A stretch of 64,000 nucleotides of DNA from an uncultured Pelagibacteraceae bacterium (GTDB taxonomy: Bacteria; Pseudomonadota; Alphaproteobacteria; Pelagibacterales; Pelagibacteraceae). Under the pieces are notes generated by a model. It saw nothing but the letters and a program-made list of their open reading frames with translations, was not told the DNA's origin and did no database searches. The stretch covers positions 6-64,005 of the forward strand of contig CACPLG010000006.1 of NCBI GenBank assembly GCA_902634775.1. Reading direction: 5' to 3'. Position 1 is the stretch's first letter. Each line of letters opens with the position of its first letter. The position numbers and the translations under genes are program-made. This document shows, piece after piece, positions 1-9,017 of this stretch.

Positions 1-1062
1 AAACCTTTCATGGCAGTATTTTATAAAGAGACAAGAAAAAAAATGAATATTTTAATGAATGGTGAAGATCCAGTTGGAGGAAAATGGAGTTTTGATGAAG
101 ATAATAGAAAAAAACTTCCTAAAGGAACAAAAATTCCAGCTTTTCCAAAAATAAATGAAACTCCTCATACGAAAAATTTAAAAGAGATTATAGAAAAAAA
201 TTTTTCAAAACATCCTGGTTCAACAAAAAATTTCTGGTTTGCAACCGAATTTAAAGATGCAATGAGATTATTGGATTTTTTTATCAAAGAAAAATCAAAT
301 TTATTTGGTGATTATGAAGATGCTGTTGATCAGAGTAATAATATATTATTTCACAGTGCACTCAGTCCTTATTTGAACTTAGGGATAATTACACCTGAAA
401 TAATATTAGATAGAATTTTAACCAGTCACAAAAAGAAAAAAATAAGAATTAATTCTTTGGAAGGTTACATACGACAGGTAATAGGTTGGCGTGAGTTTAT
501 GAGAGGAATTTATCAAAATTTTGATAATAAATTAGAAACTGGGAATTTTTTTAAACATAACCGAAAAATGAAACCTTCTTGGTATGAAGGAAACACAGGT
601 TTACCTCCTTTAGATTATGCAATTAAAAATGCTAATGATCATGGTTGGTCTCACCATATCGAAAGATTAATGATTTTATCTAATATAATGAATCTTTGCG
701 AGATTAAGCCAATCTTTGTCTACAAATGGTTTATGGAAATGTTTGTTGATTCATCTGACTGGGTAATGTCACCAAACGTTTACGGTATGGGACTCTTCAG
801 CGATGGGGGGATATTTGCAACCAAACCATATATCTGTGGTTCAAGCTATTTTTTAAAAATGATGGATTTTAAAAAGGGTGATTGGTGTAATATTATGGAT
901 GGTCTTTATTGGAGATTTATCAATAAAAATAGAAAATTTTTTTTAAAAAATCCAAGACTATCGATGATGGTCAGAATTTATGATAAAATGAACGCAACTA
1001 GAAAAAAAATGATTCTGGCTGCAGCAGATAAATTTATTAAAGAAAATACAAATGTCAATTAA
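1..1062 (+). CDS. Cryptochrome/photolyase family protein, bacterial (6-4) photolyase (PhrB-like); 5'-truncated by the window edge
   Basis: Frame is open back to base 1 (KPFM...). Motifs GGKWSFDEDNR, FGDYEDA, HSALSPYLNLG, EGYIRQVIGWREF, HHIERLM, DGGIFATKPY. Confidence 0.88.
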   Translation, partial: KPFMAVFYKETRKKMNILMNGEDPVGGKWSFDEDNRKKLPKGTKIPAFPKINETPHTKNLKEIIEKNFSKHPGSTKNFWFATEFKDAMRLLDFFIKEKSNLFGDYEDAVDQSNNILFHSALSPYLNLGIITPEIILDRILTSHKKKKIRINSLEGYIRQVIGWREFMRGIYQNFDNKLETGNFFKHNRKMKPSWYEGNTGLPPLDYAIKNANDHGWSHHIERLMILSNIMNLCEIKPIFVYKWFMEMFVDSSDWVMSPNVYGMGLFSDGGIFATKPYICGSSYFLKMMDFKKGDWCNIMDGLYWRFINKNRKFFLKNPRLSMMVRIYDKMNATRKKMILAAADKFIKENTNVN

Positions 1063-1423
1063 GGTTTTTTTCAATAACTCTTGTAACATTTGTAAAATGG
1101 AAATTGATCATTATAAAAAAAATTCTGATGAAAACTTAGAGTGGGTTGATATTACAAATAACCAGGAAGCAATTAATTTGACTTCAAAATCCCAAGCAGA
1201 GCTTCTACGAAGATTGCATGTCATCGAAAATGGAGAAGTAATAGGCGGTGCAAAAGCATTTGTGATTATTTGGTCTAAAATTCCAAAATATAAATTTTTA
1301 GCTAAAATATTTAGTTTCAAACCTTTATTTATAATTTTTCATTATCTTTATGAATTTGTTGCCTACTTTCTTTTTTTGAAAAACAAACATCAACTTAATG
1401 AAGAAACAAAACCTTCCAACTAA
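1052..1423 (+). CDS. DCC1-like thiol-disulfide oxidoreductase family protein (DUF393)
   Basis: N-terminal FFNNSCNIC (CxxC), LHV...G.V..GA.AF..IW pattern; overlaps the photolyase stop. Confidence 0.8.
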   Translation: MSIKVFFNNSCNICKMEIDHYKKNSDENLEWVDITNNQEAINLTSKSQAELLRRLHVIENGEVIGGAKAFVIIWSKIPKYKFLAKIFSFKPLFIIFHYLYEFVAYFLFLKNKHQLNEETKPSN

Positions 1424-1523
1424 AATTTGTCCAGTTTGTCAAAGGCCATTTAAATGGAGAAAAAAATGGAGATTGAATTGGGATAAAGTCAAATACTGTT
1501 CAAAAAGATGTTCGTCTAAGTGA
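1398..1523 (+). CDS. DUF2256 family small Cys-rich protein (41 aa; not in the ORF track)
   Basis: Hand translation [41 protein letters not shown]; matches the LP.K.C..C.RPF.WRKKW...W..VKYCS.RC pattern. Confidence 0.85.
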   Translation: MKKQNLPTKICPVCQRPFKWRKKWRLNWDKVKYCSKRCSSK

Positions 1524-2658
1524 ACATTGTAATAATTTTTGGAATATAATTTTTAAAATTAAAAAAACCTTTATTACAATACTGCCAGGAATGCTGATCA
1601 AGCTTTCTGTATAAAAAATCAAATGTAATATCATTCGAATTTAAATAATCTAAATTTTCACCAACTGTTGGATATAAACCAATAATATTTTCACCTATTT
1701 TTTTGACCTCACTTATATCTATAATCTCACACTCTAGTGATTGATTTTTTATTCTTTGTTCTTGGTCTTTGATTAAAAGGGATTTAAATTCGATTACTTT
1801 ATCACTTAATTTGATGGACCTGTTTTCATTTTTGTTTGATACTAAATAAATCTTTTTAAATTCAAAATCTTTAAAATCAGTGATTTCAAAAGATAGGTTA
1901 TTTTCAAAAATTAATAAATTATCAGAATCGATATCTTTAGGATTAGCAAAATTTTGTTTTACAATTGAGTATGTCTTTCCAGAAACTTTTGGTGGCGCCT
2001 TTTCATTTAATTTAATATTGTTAAATCTATTATTAGTAAATTTTTTGATATTCCATTCACTTGCTAAATAATGTTTTCCTTGAGTTTGCTCTCCAGCAAC
2101 CCATCTCCATCCAAGTGTATTTGATGCAGCATCACCATCATAAAGATGTTGCATAAAAAATTCTGCGCCTAGTTGCCAAGGTAAATCCAATGTGAATATC
2201 CAGATACTTGCAAACCACATTCTGGTGTGATTATGAAGATAATTATTTTCTTTTAATTCTTTTACCCACTCATTGAAGCATTCGATATTAGTATTTCCCT
2301 CTATCGCATTTAAGTATTTTTTATTATTCACAAATTTCTCTCTTATATTGTTTAAGCTTACCAAATAATCGGTCCATACGTTCGGTCTTAACTCAAGCCA
2401 ACCTTTCCAATAAGTTCTCCAAAGAACTTCCTGGATAAATTTTTCATTTTTTGAAAAAGAAAACTTTGAAAGTGATTTTTTAATAATTTCAATTTCGTTA
2501 AGAATCCCATGAGTAACATAAGGCGATAAGCACGAAACATTATCTCTTTTATCAGGCCCAAAATCGAAGTTTCTCAATTTTGAATAATCTGAAAGATTTT
2601 TTTCTACAAAATTATTTAGTTTATCAATAGCTTTCGCTCTAGATGTTTCGAAATTCAT
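1516..2658 (-). CDS. DNA photolyase with N-terminal FAD-binding domain (inverted-domain, NewPHL-like)
   Basis: Starts directly with the helical domain ([45 protein letters not shown]), followed by about 150 aa of C-terminal domain ending KGFFNFK. Confidence 0.8.
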   Translation of the reverse strand: MNFETSRAKAIDKLNNFVEKNLSDYSKLRNFDFGPDKRDNVSCLSPYVTHGILNEIEIIKKSLSKFSFSKNEKFIQEVLWRTYWKGWLELRPNVWTDYLVSLNNIREKFVNNKKYLNAIEGNTNIECFNEWVKELKENNYLHNHTRMWFASIWIFTLDLPWQLGAEFFMQHLYDGDAASNTLGWRWVAGEQTQGKHYLASEWNIKKFTNNRFNNIKLNEKAPPKVSGKTYSIVKQNFANPKDIDSDNLLIFENNLSFEITDFKDFEFKKIYLVSNKNENRSIKLSDKVIEFKSLLIKDQEQRIKNQSLECEIIDISEVKKIGENIIGLYPTVGENLDYLNSNDITFDFLYRKLDQHSWQYCNKGFFNFKNYIPKIITMFT

Positions 2659-2662
2659 TTTT

Positions 2663-3847
2663 TTACTTTAATTTTTTTTTATGGAAATTTATAAATCTTT
2701 CAACATTCGATTTGTTAAAAGTTTTATTTTCCTCAAAAGAAACTTTTTTCATTGAGTAAGCACTGCTTTTTGTAATTCTTGATTGAATTGTAACATTCCC
2801 TTTATAAAGTTTTAACTTAACACTTCCATTTACCTTACTTTTTTTTAGATCCACAATTTTTTGTAATTTAAATCTTTCTTTTGAAAACCAATAACCGTTA
2901 TAAATCAATTCTGCATATCTTGGCATAATAGAATCTTTTTTATGCATAGTATCTTTATCTAATGTCACAGACTCTATAGCTCTATGGGCGATTAAAAGTA
3001 ACGTCCCACCTGGTGTTTCATAAACACCTCTTGATTTAATTCCGATAAATCTATTCTCAACTAGATCAACTCTTCCAACTCCATTTTTTCCACCGACCTG
3101 ATTTAATTTATCCAAAAGTTTTTCTGGATTTAATTTTTTTCCATTAATACTAACTGGATCACTGTTTTTGAAACCAATGGAAATATAACTAGGTTTATTA
3201 GGTGCTTTTTCAGGTGAAGTTGTTCTTTGAAAAATGAATTCTGGGGCTGAATTTTTTGGATTTTCTAAAACTTTACCTTCAGTTGATGTGTGAAATAAAT
3301 TATCGTCTACTGAAAAAGGTGGTGCACCCTTTTTATCTTTTGGAATAGGAATGTTGTATTTTTTGGCATAATTAATTAAATCAGTTCTTGATTTTAATTT
3401 CCAAATTCTCCAAGGAGCTATAACTTTTATTTTTGGACAAAAGTAATGATATCCAAGTTCAAATCTAACTTGGTCATTACCTTTTCCAGTTGATCCATGT
3501 GAAACAGCAAAGGCTTTAAACTTTTTAGCAACTTTAATTTGATCTTTTGCAATTAACGGTCTCGCAATTGATGTCCCAAGAAGATAGACCCCTTCGTAAA
3601 TTGCATGACTTCTAATCATTGGGAAGACATATTCTTTTACGAAAGTATTTTTTAAATTATTGATTATTATTTTTTTAACACCAAGTTTTCTTGCATTTTT
3701 AATAATTTGCTTTTGGTCCATTTCTTGACCGATATCTGCAGTGTAAGCAATCACTTCGCTATCATAATTTTCTTGTAACCATTTTAAAATTATCGATGTA
3801 TCAAGCCCGCCTGAGTAGGCTAAAACAATTTTTTTGTTTTTTTTCAT
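2663..3847 (-). CDS. argG: Argininosuccinate synthase
   Basis: VLAYSGGLDTS, YLLGTSIARP, HGSTGKGNDQVRFE, KSRGVYETPGG. Confidence 0.97.
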   Translation of the reverse strand: MKKNKKIVLAYSGGLDTSIILKWLQENYDSEVIAYTADIGQEMDQKQIIKNARKLGVKKIIINNLKNTFVKEYVFPMIRSHAIYEGVYLLGTSIARPLIAKDQIKVAKKFKAFAVSHGSTGKGNDQVRFELGYHYFCPKIKVIAPWRIWKLKSRTDLINYAKKYNIPIPKDKKGAPPFSVDDNLFHTSTEGKVLENPKNSAPEFIFQRTTSPEKAPNKPSYISIGFKNSDPVSINGKKLNPEKLLDKLNQVGGKNGVGRVDLVENRFIGIKSRGVYETPGGTLLLIAHRAIESVTLDKDTMHKKDSIMPRYAELIYNGYWFSKERFKLQKIVDLKKSKVNGSVKLKLYKGNVTIQSRITKSSAYSMKKVSFEENKTFNKSNVERFINFHKKKLK

Positions 3848-3855
3848 TTAAGATA

Positions 3856-4362
3856 TTATGCGCAATTTTTTTTTGCAGTATTATAAGCCTTTGTGAAACC
3901 CATTAAAGAATAGTGATCAATTGTTTGAGATCCAGATTGATTATATCCCGTAATCATAATTCTTGATCCTTTTTTCATTACATTCACCATCTTTCTTTCT
4001 AAACCTGTGTCGCCTATCCAAGCAAAGTTTTGTTTTTTAACATCAAACTTAATTTTATTTTTTCCAGATTTAGCTGTAATTGAATTTTGAGCGTTATATT
4101 GGTAACCAGATGTAATACTTACTTCATCTTTAATTTTATCAGCTGGTCTAAAACTAATAAATAATCTTGCCTCTCTTGGATTTTTTTTTGGTGATTGTAA
4201 AACTGGTTTTGATTGAGCAAAACATAGTTTCTTTGCTCCATCAGTAACTACTATTGTTTCCCAGTCTTTAAACTTACCAACTTTTTTTATTTCCTGAGCT
4301 GAGGCCTCAGAGACAATTAAAAAACAAAATAATAATACTGTAATTTTATTTATTAGGGACAT
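3856..4362 (-). CDS. Exported protein, invasion-associated locus B (IalB)-like
   Basis: Signal peptide; GKFKDW...CFAQSKP and C-terminal YSLMGFTKAY...C pattern. Confidence 0.65.
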   Translation of the reverse strand: MSLINKITVLLFCFLIVSEASAQEIKKVGKFKDWETIVVTDGAKKLCFAQSKPVLQSPKKNPREARLFISFRPADKIKDEVSITSGYQYNAQNSITAKSGKNKIKFDVKKQNFAWIGDTGLERKMVNVMKKGSRIMITGYNQSGSQTIDHYSLMGFTKAYNTAKKNCA

Positions 4363-5393
4363 GGATTTTGATATATTTTTTGAACTTCGTTAATTTCATT
4401 AATAATTTCATTATTTAATTTTACATTTACACTTTCTACATTTGTTTTCAACTGTTGCATAGTCGTAGCACCAATTATTACACTCTCAACAAAAGGCTGT
4501 ATTTCACAAAATTTTATGGACATTTGAGCAAAATCCAAATTAAATTTTTGAGAAATTTTGTAGTATTCTTCAATAGCTTTAATACTATTTTCATTATTGT
4601 AGCGAGTGAAGTCTTTAAAAAGATCTATTCGTGAACCTTTTGGCATATTATTATTTCGATATTTTCCTGTGAGGTAACCAAAAGCTAGTGGTGAGTAAGC
4701 CAGCAGGCCACTTTGTTCTCTTACCGAGATTTCGGCAAGACCAACCTCATAAGTCCTATTGAGTAAGTTGTATGGATTTTGAACAGCCATCATTTTGGGT
4801 AAATTTTTTAATTTTGAGAGCTCGAGGCATTTTGCTAAACCCCATGCAGTTTCATTCGAAAGACCTACATAACGAATTTTCCCTGCGTCTACAAATTTTT
4901 TTAAATTTTCTAAAATCTCCTCAAAAGCAATCCAATTTTTTTCATTTGAGTCGTGTTCGTATCCTTGCTTACCAAAAAAATTAGTATTCCTTTCTGGCCA
5001 ATGTAATTGATATAAATCGATATAATCAGTTTGCATTCTTTTTAAACTTTTTTCTAATGCCTCTGACATACTTTTTTCATCATAACTGCATCCACCACCT
5101 CTGATGTATTCTTTACTAGTAGGACCCGAAACCTTTGTAGCTAAAATGACTTTGTCTCTCTTTTTTGTTTTTTTGAACCACTCACCTATGATGTTTTCTG
5201 TCTCACCATAGGTTTCTTCTCTCATTGGTATTGCGTAGATTTCTGCTGTGTCCCAAAAATTTACCCCATTATCAATTGCATAATCCATTTGCTCAAAACC
5301 ATCTGCCTTTGAGTTTTGCTCTCCCCAAGTCATGGTTCCGAGACAAATTGTACTCACATCGACGTCTGTACTGCCTAGTTTCTTATAATTCAT
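4353..5393 (-). CDS. tas: NADP(H)-dependent aldo/keto reductase, Tas-like
   Basis: CLGTMTWGEQN, DTAEIY, DYIDLYQLHWP, GLSNETAWG, QNPYNLLNR, C-terminal NPCP. Confidence 0.85.
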   Translation of the reverse strand: MNYKKLGSTDVDVSTICLGTMTWGEQNSKADGFEQMDYAIDNGVNFWDTAEIYAIPMREETYGETENIIGEWFKKTKKRDKVILATKVSGPTSKEYIRGGGCSYDEKSMSEALEKSLKRMQTDYIDLYQLHWPERNTNFFGKQGYEHDSNEKNWIAFEEILENLKKFVDAGKIRYVGLSNETAWGLAKCLELSKLKNLPKMMAVQNPYNLLNRTYEVGLAEISVREQSGLLAYSPLAFGYLTGKYRNNNMPKGSRIDLFKDFTRYNNENSIKAIEEYYKISQKFNLDFAQMSIKFCEIQPFVESVIIGATTMQQLKTNVESVNVKLNNEIINEINEVQKIYQNPCP

Positions 5394-5424
5394 AAAAATA
5401 TAATATTTTGGTACCTTTAGACCA

Positions 5425-5452
5425 TTGAAAAATTTTGTAAAATTAATATATT
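5425..5452 (+). promoter_or_regulatory. Putative sigma70 promoter for the YccA-family gene (likely leaderless)
   Basis: TTGAAA (5425-5430), 16-nt spacer, TATATT (5447-5452), 6 nt before the ATG; no Shine-Dalgarno (SD) sequence. Confidence 0.45.
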
Positions 5453-5458
5453 CAATCC

Positions 5459-6211
5459 ATGGATTTTAATAGACAAAATATCTTCCAAGCAACATCTGCA
5501 AAAACTGCAGTTTGGGACGCTGGTTTAAGAGCTTACATGTTGAAAGTATATAACTACATGGCAACTGGAGTTCTCTTAACTGGAATAATTTCATTGATTT
5601 CTTTCAAAATGTCTGTAGTTACAGATTCTGCAGGAACGATCGCTTCATTTACAAGTTTTGGTAATGCAATTTTCTTTTCAGGTTTAAAATGGGTGATTAT
5701 GCTAGCACCTTTAGCAATAGTTTTTTATATGAGTTTTGGTATTAACAAAATGTCAGCAGCTAAAGCACAAACTGTTTTCTGGGTATTTGCTTCTTTAATG
5801 GGATTATCATTATCATGGATACTTTTAGTTTATACAGGAGTAAGTGTTGCAAGAGTATTCTTTATTACTTCAGCAACTTTTGGAGCAATGAGTATTTACG
5901 GCTATACAACTAAAAGAGATTTAACTAAGTTTGGCTCATTTTTAATGATGGGCTTGATAGGAATTATAATTGCTTCATTAGTAAATATTTTTCTAAAATC
6001 AGCTATGATGTATTTTGTAATTTCAATTTTAGGTGTTTTAATTTTTGTTGGTCTGACTGCATATGACACACAAAAAATTAAAAATATGTATTCAGCTTCA
6101 GATACTGTCGAAATATCCGGTAAAAAAGCAATAATGGGTGCATTAACGCTTTACTTAGACTTTATAAATCTATTCATCATGCTTCTAAGACTTTTTGGTC
6201 AAAGAAGATAA
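5459..6211 (+). CDS. Bax inhibitor-1/YccA family membrane protein
   Basis: DAGLRAYMLKVYNYM, YGYTTKRDL, GLTAYDTQKIK, GALTLYLDFINLF. Confidence 0.92.
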   Translation: MDFNRQNIFQATSAKTAVWDAGLRAYMLKVYNYMATGVLLTGIISLISFKMSVVTDSAGTIASFTSFGNAIFFSGLKWVIMLAPLAIVFYMSFGINKMSAAKAQTVFWVFASLMGLSLSWILLVYTGVSVARVFFITSATFGAMSIYGYTTKRDLTKFGSFLMMGLIGIIIASLVNIFLKSAMMYFVISILGVLIFVGLTAYDTQKIKNMYSASDTVEISGKKAIMGALTLYLDFINLFIMLLRLFGQRR

Positions 6212-6550
6212 TTAAAGTTTTTTCCAATTTATTTTATTAATCAAATTTTCAAGGTCGTGTGAATTTTTTAAAATACGGCCCCTACTATCAGTAATACAAT
6301 ACTTTAAGTTTTTGCTATTTGGCTTGAAATTTTTGCAGATATTATAAATTGCGTTTTCAGCAGCATTTTTAAAAACACTAAAACTTACTTGTTTGTTTGA
6401 AATATTAAGACCATAATCTTTCCATGAACCGTTCGAAACCATTTTTGCGTATAAATCTAAAATAATTTTAAGTTCATTTTTTTCGAAAAAAAATTTCTCT
6501 TCGTATTTTTTTATCGAGTTATTAATAACCAATTTTAAATTTCTATTCAT
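6212..6550 (-). CDS. DUF2794 family protein
   Basis: FFEKNELKIILDLYAKMVSNGSWKDYG...FSVF pattern of this alphaproteobacterial family. Confidence 0.7.
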   Translation of the reverse strand: MNRNLKLVINNSIKKYEEKFFFEKNELKIILDLYAKMVSNGSWKDYGLNISNKQVSFSVFKNAAENAIYNICKNFKPNSKNLKYCITDSRGRILKNSHDLENLINKINWKKL

Positions 6551-7094
6551 TTTGAGAGTATTTTTTAATTAATGGAATTTGAAAAGCTGTAAAAACAAAA
6601 GTAATTGGTAGCATACCCCAAACTTTAAAATTAACCCAAAATTCCTCAGTTTGTGTTCGCCAAATAAGTTCATTTAGAATGGCTAATGCAAAGAAAAACC
6701 ATATCCATCTAAAATTTAAAATATTCCATCCTTCATCATTTAGAGACAATGATTTTCCTAAAATTAATTTTAAAAGAGGCTCTTTGGTAAAATATTTTCC
6801 AAAAAAAAGGGATAAACCAAATAAAATATTAATTATCGTTGGCTTCATGTAAATAAAAATTGGGTTGTTGAAATAGATTGTTAATCCTCCAAATAGGGTT
6901 ATAAGAATACCTCCAATAAGAGGAACCATAGGAATTTTTTTTTCAAAAAACCAAACAATCAAAATAGAAATTATTGTCGCAACTATAAGAGGCGGTATAG
7001 CTACCTGAAGATCCTTTCCTGAATTATAGTAAAAGTAAAAGAAAATTACTAATGGACCAAAGTCAGTTAAAAATTTTATTAGTGACTTATTCAC
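6543..7094 (-). CDS. yciB: Inner membrane protein YciB (IspZ, septation protein A)
   Basis: DFGPLVIFF, FGGLTIYF, FIYMKPTI, WVNFKVWG; GTG start. Confidence 0.9.
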   Translation of the reverse strand: MNKSLIKFLTDFGPLVIFFYFYYNSGKDLQVAIPPLIVATIISILIVWFFEKKIPMVPLIGGILITLFGGLTIYFNNPIFIYMKPTIINILFGLSLFFGKYFTKEPLLKLILGKSLSLNDEGWNILNFRWIWFFFALAILNELIWRTQTEEFWVNFKVWGMLPITFVFTAFQIPLIKKYSQNE

Positions 7095-7137
7095 AACTTA
7101 ATATTATCAGATTTACAAACTTTTAATAATTTTTTTA

Positions 7138-7164
7138 TTGATTTTTTATCTCAAATACCCATAT
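7138..7164 (+). promoter_or_regulatory. Putative RpoH (sigma32) promoter of hspQ
   Basis: TTG (7138-7140), N17, CCCATAT (7158-7164), 8 nt upstream of the GTG of a heat-shock gene. Confidence 0.55.
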
Positions 7165-7172
7165 TATTTAAT

Positions 7173-7493
7173 GTGAGTGTTCAAAAAGCAAAATTTTCAA
7201 TTGGTGACGTCGTAAAGCACAAGCACTTTGATTTCAGAGGTGTTATTTACGATGTAGACTTTGAATTTAATAATTCTGAAGAATGGTACGAGTCTATACC
7301 CAAAAATGTAAGACCTAGAAAAGACCAACCATTTTATCACCTGTTAGCAGAAAATGAGGATGTAACATACGAAGCATATGTTTCTGAACAAAATCTTCTT
7401 AAAGATGATTCAAAAGAACCAATTAAACATCCATTAATTAATGAGATATTTTCTGGAAAAAAAGGCTCTTCATACTTCAAACAGTCAAATTAA
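7173..7493 (+). CDS. hspQ: Heat shock protein HspQ (YccV-like)
   Basis: AKFSIGDVVKH, FRGVIYDVD, RPRKDQPFYHLLAEN, AYVSEQNL. Confidence 0.93.
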   Translation: MSVQKAKFSIGDVVKHKHFDFRGVIYDVDFEFNNSEEWYESIPKNVRPRKDQPFYHLLAENEDVTYEAYVSEQNLLKDDSKEPIKHPLINEIFSGKKGSSYFKQSN

Positions 7494-7561
7494 TTCGCAG
7501 GGTCATCATTTAAACACAATTCTCTCAAATCTTAGACATACCTTTGGTCTACACTATGAAT

Positions 7562-7630
7562 ACTGATCAAGGATGTTAAATATTTCCCAACATTATCTCC
7601 CTCAACGTTCTTGATCAGTTGATTTCTTTA
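7562..7630 (+). ncRNA. Long hairpin with CU-rich loop and U-rich tail; candidate sRNA or terminator
   Basis: 16-bp stem, ACTGATCAAGGATGTT (7562-7577) with AACGTTCTTGATCAGT (7604-7619), fully paired on + with two G-U pairs; 26-nt loop. Confidence 0.45.
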
Positions 7631-7655
7631 TAATAAAATCCTTACAATTACACAA

Positions 7656-8363
7656 ATGTTGAACAAAATTTTTGAAATACTAAAAATGATTTCACTTTCG
7701 AAATTAACGAGAATTATTGTATTCTCACTTTTCGTTATTTGTCTTACATTAGGTCTTGTGGAGTCTTTATTTCTATCACCAGAAGACTATATTCAAAGTG
7801 ATGCAGTGAGAATTATGTATGTTCATGTTCCGGCAGCATGGATTTCTTTAGGAATATTCTCATTCATAGCTTTCCTATCATTAGGTATTTTCATTTTTAA
7901 AAATAAAAATTTTGCAATCATAGCGAAAAGTTTTGCACCATCGGGTTTGGTTTTTAATCTCATTGCTTTAGTGACCGGATCTATTTGGGGTAAACCAACT
8001 TGGGGAACATGGTGGGCTTGGGATCCTAGAATTACTTCGATGTTGGTGCTATTTTTGTTTTATATCCTTTATATCGCATCGTGGAGATTATTTGAAAATG
8101 ATAAAGCCGCAAAAATTTCTAGTTTAGTGGCCATCGTTGGTTTTGTGAATGTGCCTATAATTAAATTTTCTGTAGATTGGTGGGCGAGTCTTCATCAACC
8201 GTCTTCAGTCAAAATTCTTTCCGAAACTACAATTCATTCATCGATGTTGACACCATTATTATTAATGACTGCGGCATTTGCACTATTCTCAATATTAATT
8301 TTTTTAATGAAATATAATATAGAATTGATAAAGATTAAGACAAAAGGATTAGATAGATTGTGA
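7656..8363 (+). CDS. ccmC: Heme exporter protein C
   Basis: RIMYVHVPAAW, TGSIWGKPTWGTWWAWDPR (WWD motif), WWASLHQ. Confidence 0.95.
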   Translation: MLNKIFEILKMISLSKLTRIIVFSLFVICLTLGLVESLFLSPEDYIQSDAVRIMYVHVPAAWISLGIFSFIAFLSLGIFIFKNKNFAIIAKSFAPSGLVFNLIALVTGSIWGKPTWGTWWAWDPRITSMLVLFLFYILYIASWRLFENDKAAKISSLVAIVGFVNVPIIKFSVDWWASLHQPSSVKILSETTIHSSMLTPLLLMTAAFALFSILIFLMKYNIELIKIKTKGLDRL

Positions 8364-8590
8364 TTAACTTATTAATAATGAATGGTTACGGATTGTTTGT
8401 GTGGTCGGCGTTTGTATTTACGCTAATCAACTTCTTTGCACTATATATAATAATCAATCGACAATTAATAAAAGAAAACAAAAAATTTGAACTAAAATTT
8501 AATCATTTAGAAAAAATTAAATACACAGAGGCATACAAACAAAGAACTAACCAGGCATTAGTCTCAAGTAACGTTGCACAAAAAATCTAA
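8360..8590 (+). CDS. ccmD: Heme exporter protein D
   Basis: MNGYGLFVWSAF, one TM segment plus charged tail, positioned between ccmC and ccmE. Confidence 0.8.
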   Translation: MINLLIMNGYGLFVWSAFVFTLINFFALYIIINRQLIKENKKFELKFNHLEKIKYTEAYKQRTNQALVSSNVAQKI

Positions 8591-8599
8591 TTTAAACTA

Positions 8600-9016
8600 A
8601 TGTACAGCAAAAAAGTTAAGTTTAGATTTTTATTTATTTTTGTATTTTTAACATTAATAGCACTCACAACCTTCACAGTTTTAAAAGTTTTGAAAGATAA
8701 TGTCGTATATTTTAAATCTCCAAGTGAAATTAATCTATTGACAGAAACTTCAAGCAAAAAAATTAGAGTCGGAGGCATGGTAAAAAAAGATTCAGTAATA
8801 ATGAATAATAATAAAATTAATTTCATAATTACTGATTTTAAAAACGAGTTATATGTAACTTTTTCTGGGACAGTTCCAAATTTGTTTGAAGAAGAAAAAG
8901 GAGTTGTTGCAGAAGGATTTCTTAATGATAAAAAATTTCTGGTAGCAGATAAAATTTTGGCTAAGCATGATGAAAATTATATGCCACCAGAGGTTAAAAA
9001 ATCTTTAGGAGAATAA
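8600..9016 (+). CDS. ccmE: Heme chaperone CcmE
   Basis: [32 protein letters not shown]. Confidence 0.95.
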   Translation: MYSKKVKFRFLFIFVFLTLIALTTFTVLKVLKDNVVYFKSPSEINLLTETSSKKIRVGGMVKKDSVIMNNNKINFIITDFKNELYVTFSGTVPNLFEEEKGVVAEGFLNDKKFLVADKILAKHDENYMPPEVKKSLGE

Positions 9017-9017
9017 A

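Noticed and set aside
7576-7603. Minus-strand SD plus micro-ORF (MLGNI*) in the hairpin loop
   Set aside because: Only five codons, and the stem pairs better on the + strand; kept only as an alternative reading of the sRNA candidate.
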